This document shows, one piece after another, positions 37,741-40,508 of a stretch of DNA of 40,508 nt (position 1 is the stretch's first letter; each line of letters begins with the position of its first letter). This DNA is from Abditibacteriaceae bacterium. Its GTDB lineage: Bacteria; Armatimonadota; Abditibacteriia; Abditibacteriales; Abditibacteriaceae. The position numbers were made by a program, and so were the translations under genes. The stretch spans positions 1 through 40,508 of the forward strand of contig JANMKN010000010.1 of NCBI GenBank assembly GCA_031372065.1, read 5' to 3'. A model generated the notes under the pieces. That model did no database searches. It was not told where the DNA came from and saw only the letters and a program-made list of their open reading frames with translations.

Positions 37741-38952
37741 ATGAAAAGCCCTTTTACCCTTGTCGTTTGCCTAAGTTTCACCCTTTTTTCGCTTTTGACC
37801 GCCCAAGAGGCACCGAAAACGCCTTTGCCCAACGAACCAACTCCGGTCAAATGGAAAAAGACCGTGCTTGACACCAAGTTCCGCTCTGAAGGCTCGACAG
37901 TGGCGGACGTGAATCACGACGGCAAAAACGACGTTTTAGTCGGCGATTTCTGGTATGAAGCGCCCAATTGGGCGCCGCACGAAATCCGCAAGCCCGGTGA
38001 TTTCGGCGATGGTGCGCATTCTTACAGTGAAGCCTTCATGTGCTGGTCGGACGATTATAACGCCGATGGCTGGAGCGACCTTTTAGTGGTGGGTTTTCCC
38101 GGCAAAGCGGTGAAATGGTATGAAAACCCGCAAAATGCAGCGGGTTATTGGAAAGAGCATCTGGCGTGGGCGAGTAGTTGCAACGAAGTGCCGATTTATG
38201 CCGATCTTTTCGGCGACGGCAAGCGCCAATTGGTGCAGGCGAGTTGCGACGAAGGCCAAATGGCGTGGTTCGCGCCTTCGGCGGATGTCAACGCGCCGTG
38301 GACACTGCATCCGATTAGCGGCAGTCAAAAAGCGGGCGCGCAAGTGTGGGGCGTCAATCAATTCGATCACGGCCTTGGCGCGGGCGACATGAACGGCGAT
38401 GGCCGCGCCGATGTTTTGGTGCGTCAAGGTTGGTGGGAGCAGCCCGCCGATGCCAAAACGCGCACCACGCCGTGGGAATTTCACGTCGCCAATATGGGCG
38501 ACGATTGCTCGAATATCATCGCGATTGATGCCGATGAAGACGGCAACACCGACGTGATTACCAGTTCGGCGCACAAGCGCGGCATCTGGTTTCACAAGCG
38601 AATGCCCGAACGTCCGGCAGGCTTTGCGCGCACCACGATTTTCGAGGCCTTCACCCAAACACACGCCCTGAATTACGAAGACGTAAACGGCGACGGCGTC
38701 AAAGACTTAATCACAGGCAAACGCTGGTGGGCGCACGGCCCCGAAGGTGACGTTGACCCGATGGCGCCCGCCGTGTTGTATTGGTTTGAAATCAAGAGGA
38801 CCAAAGGCGAAACCCCCAAACTCATTCCGCATTTAATTGACGACAACAGCGGCATCGCCACGCAATTTTGGACGGGCGACTTCAACGACGATAAGAAACT
38901 TGATGTCGTCGTCAGCAACAAAAAAGGCGTTTTTCTGTTTGAACAGATGTAA
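37741..38952 (+). CDS. Secreted FG-GAP/VCBS repeat protein
   Basis: Repeated D.N.DG..D motifs; signal peptide. Confidence 0.92.
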   Translation: MKSPFTLVVCLSFTLFSLLTAQEAPKTPLPNEPTPVKWKKTVLDTKFRSEGSTVADVNHDGKNDVLVGDFWYEAPNWAPHEIRKPGDFGDGAHSYSEAFMCWSDDYNADGWSDLLVVGFPGKAVKWYENPQNAAGYWKEHLAWASSCNEVPIYADLFGDGKRQLVQASCDEGQMAWFAPSADVNAPWTLHPISGSQKAGAQVWGVNQFDHGLGAGDMNGDGRADVLVRQGWWEQPADAKTRTTPWEFHVANMGDDCSNIIAIDADEDGNTDVITSSAHKRGIWFHKRMPERPAGFARTTIFEAFTQTHALNYEDVNGDGVKDLITGKRWWAHGPEGDVDPMAPAVLYWFEIKRTKGETPKLIPHLIDDNSGIATQFWTGDFNDDKKLDVVVSNKKGVFLFEQM

Positions 38953-39120
38953 ATTCGCTTTTGTGGCATCGCCTTACTTTAGATAGGGTGGCGGCGCGGA
39001 CACAAATCCATTTTGCAAGCCGACTTGGAAGACGCTTTCGCCACGCGCTTTAGTGACAAGACGCTGGGCGTTTTTTAAAAGACACGCCGCACCTTTCATA
39101 TCTCAATTAGACTGCACGGC

Positions 39121-39690
39121 ATGGTTCTTTCTGATGTGGATTTGCAAGCAGCGTTGGCGAGTGGAAAAATTGGAGTGACACCAGAGCCGGATTTGGCCTC
39201 GCAACTTGGCGCGTGTTCGCTTGATTTACGTTTGGGCAATGAATTTCGCGTTTTCGAGCGCACGCGCAATGCTTTTATTGACCCGCGCGGAGCGATTGAT
39301 TGGGAAAGTTTTACGCGTGTGATTCAGGTGGCGGATGATGAAGCGTTCGTCATGCATCCGCAGGAATTGGTTTTAGCGGCTACTATTGAAGAAATCACCT
39401 TGCCCGCCGATATTTTAGGCCGTTTGGAAGGGCGTAGCTCATTGGGGCGCATTGGCATTATCGTGCATGGCACGGCGCCGCTATTTTATCCGGGATTTTC
39501 GGGGCACGCCGTCATGGAATTGGGCAATATCGGCCCGATGCCGGTGGCGCTTTATCCCGGAATGCGCATCTGCTCATTTACCTTCGAGCGCTTGACTTCG
39601 CCGTCCAGCCGTCCTTATAAAGGCAAGTATTCGGGGCAAAGTGGGCCTGTCGGCTCGAAACTGCAAGGCGACTCGGAAATGAAAAGTTGA
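39121..39690 (+). CDS. dcd: dCTP deaminase
   Basis: LSD, SLDLRLG, GRSSLGR.G, PGF.G...ELGN, YPGMRI, Y.GKY.GQ. Confidence 0.95.
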   Translation: MVLSDVDLQAALASGKIGVTPEPDLASQLGACSLDLRLGNEFRVFERTRNAFIDPRGAIDWESFTRVIQVADDEAFVMHPQELVLAATIEEITLPADILGRLEGRSSLGRIGIIVHGTAPLFYPGFSGHAVMELGNIGPMPVALYPGMRICSFTFERLTSPSSRPYKGKYSGQSGPVGSKLQGDSEMKS

Positions 39691-39788
39691 TTTCGCCATG
39701 AGCCGCGAAGCGGCTCTCTCCTCCCTTACCTCCATTTCATTGGGCGCAAGCCCTGTTTGTCGTAGATTTCACTGCTTTATCCTTACTA

Positions 39789-39950
39789 ACCCAAGTTGCC
39801 ACCTATTGCAGCCCACCGCTAAAGCAATGGGCTGACCTTTCAAAAGCCTCGAAAACGAGGCTAAAGATGGCAAGTCCAGCCTCGTTCAAGAGGCTTTTGA
39901 TTCCTTTCAGCCCACTCGTTTACGGGTGGGTTATAGGTAGCAACTTGGGT
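39789..39950. mobile_element. MITE (162 bp), copy 2, inverted relative to copy 1
   Basis: Same TIRs and internal hairpins; flanked by direct repeat TACTA. Confidence 0.88.
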
Positions 39951-40186
39951 TACTATTTCTTCTCTTGTAGCGCGTCTGATCCCTTTTTTCTACCGCCGTA
40001 TTCCCTTTTAAGCTGCACTTTTCCACCTGAAAGCAGGAAATTGCCTCATTTTTCGTGGATTCCGACGTTTTACCGCTACTATTTCTGCTTTTGCACCTTC
40101 TGTAACACGAAAACTTCTTCTTTAGCGCAACATTTTCTCTAATTGTAAAGATAGAAACGTCACTATATGACCTCTCATCATGCTGA

Positions 40187-40400
40187 TTAAGCCTCTGCGA
40201 GCGATAATTAAAGCTCTCCAAGTGCCGACAAAGCCTCTCTGTGCGCCTACAAAGCCTCTCTGAGTGCCTGCAAAGCCTCTCCGAGCGCCTGCAAAGCCTC
40301 TTTGAGTGCCTGCAAAGCCTCTCCGAGCGCCGACAAAGCCTCTCCGAGTGCCGATAATGGCTTTCTTAGTGCCGACAAGAGCTTTCTGGGTGCCGACAAG
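40187..40400. repeat. 21-bp tandem array E (CAAAGCCTCTCYGAGYGCCKR), ~10 units
   Basis: Units at 40229, 40250, 40271, 40292, 40313, 40334 plus degenerate edges. Confidence 0.96.
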
Positions 40401-40464
40401 TTATATACTCTTGTTACGTAGTGCGCTCATGGTAGGCACTGGAAAGAGCAGCAAAGCTGCTCGT

Positions 40465-40508
40465 CCCCTCACCCGGCCTCTCCCCCATTCGCTTCGCTGG
40501 GGAGAGGA
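40465..40508. repeat. REP-like palindromic element, inverted relative of 39-84
   Basis: cccctcaccc...ctctcccc...cgcttcgctggggagagg. Confidence 0.7.

Noticed and set aside
39867..40221. ORFs 39867-40142 (+) and 39931-40221 (-)
   Set aside because: They overlap the MITE and/or array E, lack an RBS and have no recognisable motifs
5439..40400. Arrays as CRISPR or TIGR guide arrays
   Set aside because: No repeat/unique-spacer alternation; units are degenerate tandem copies, and no Cas or Nop-domain gene is recognisable in the window

Overview
GC-rich bacterial chromosomal window; gene content (DUF6785-like membrane protein, FecR fusion, several sulfatases) suggests Armatimonadota/Abditibacterium-like, which is inference only. 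The backbone is metabolic: transglutaminase-like protein, gltX, sugar ABC permease and binding protein, PQQ-type propeller, GH78, Zn dehydrogenase, three sulfatases, GH51, enolase-superfamily dehydratase, AIM24, MBL hydrolase, LivG-like ATPase, Gfo/Idh/MocA, PhyH, FG-GAP protein and dcd. Unexplained structure lies between these genes. (1) Five intergenic tandem arrays have largely unrelated unit sequences but share a 21-bp (or 42-bp) period. Three lie just upstream of a ~235-241 aa orphan gene; two of those genes are clear paralogues. A fourth array precedes a possible decayed remnant. (2) At two of these loci a small divergent passenger gene has shared flanks: a 20-bp upstream motif, a downstream GTT-core/XerD-arm-like site and a 39/41-identical hairpin. 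(3) A cyclase-EAD gene and an NB-ARC-TPR gene meet at a candidate -1 frameshift site (C5 run plus an 11-bp stem). (4) A ~163-bp MITE with TIRs and target duplications occurs twice. No rRNA, tRNA, CRISPR array or transposase was recognised. All calls are by eye; no database search was run.
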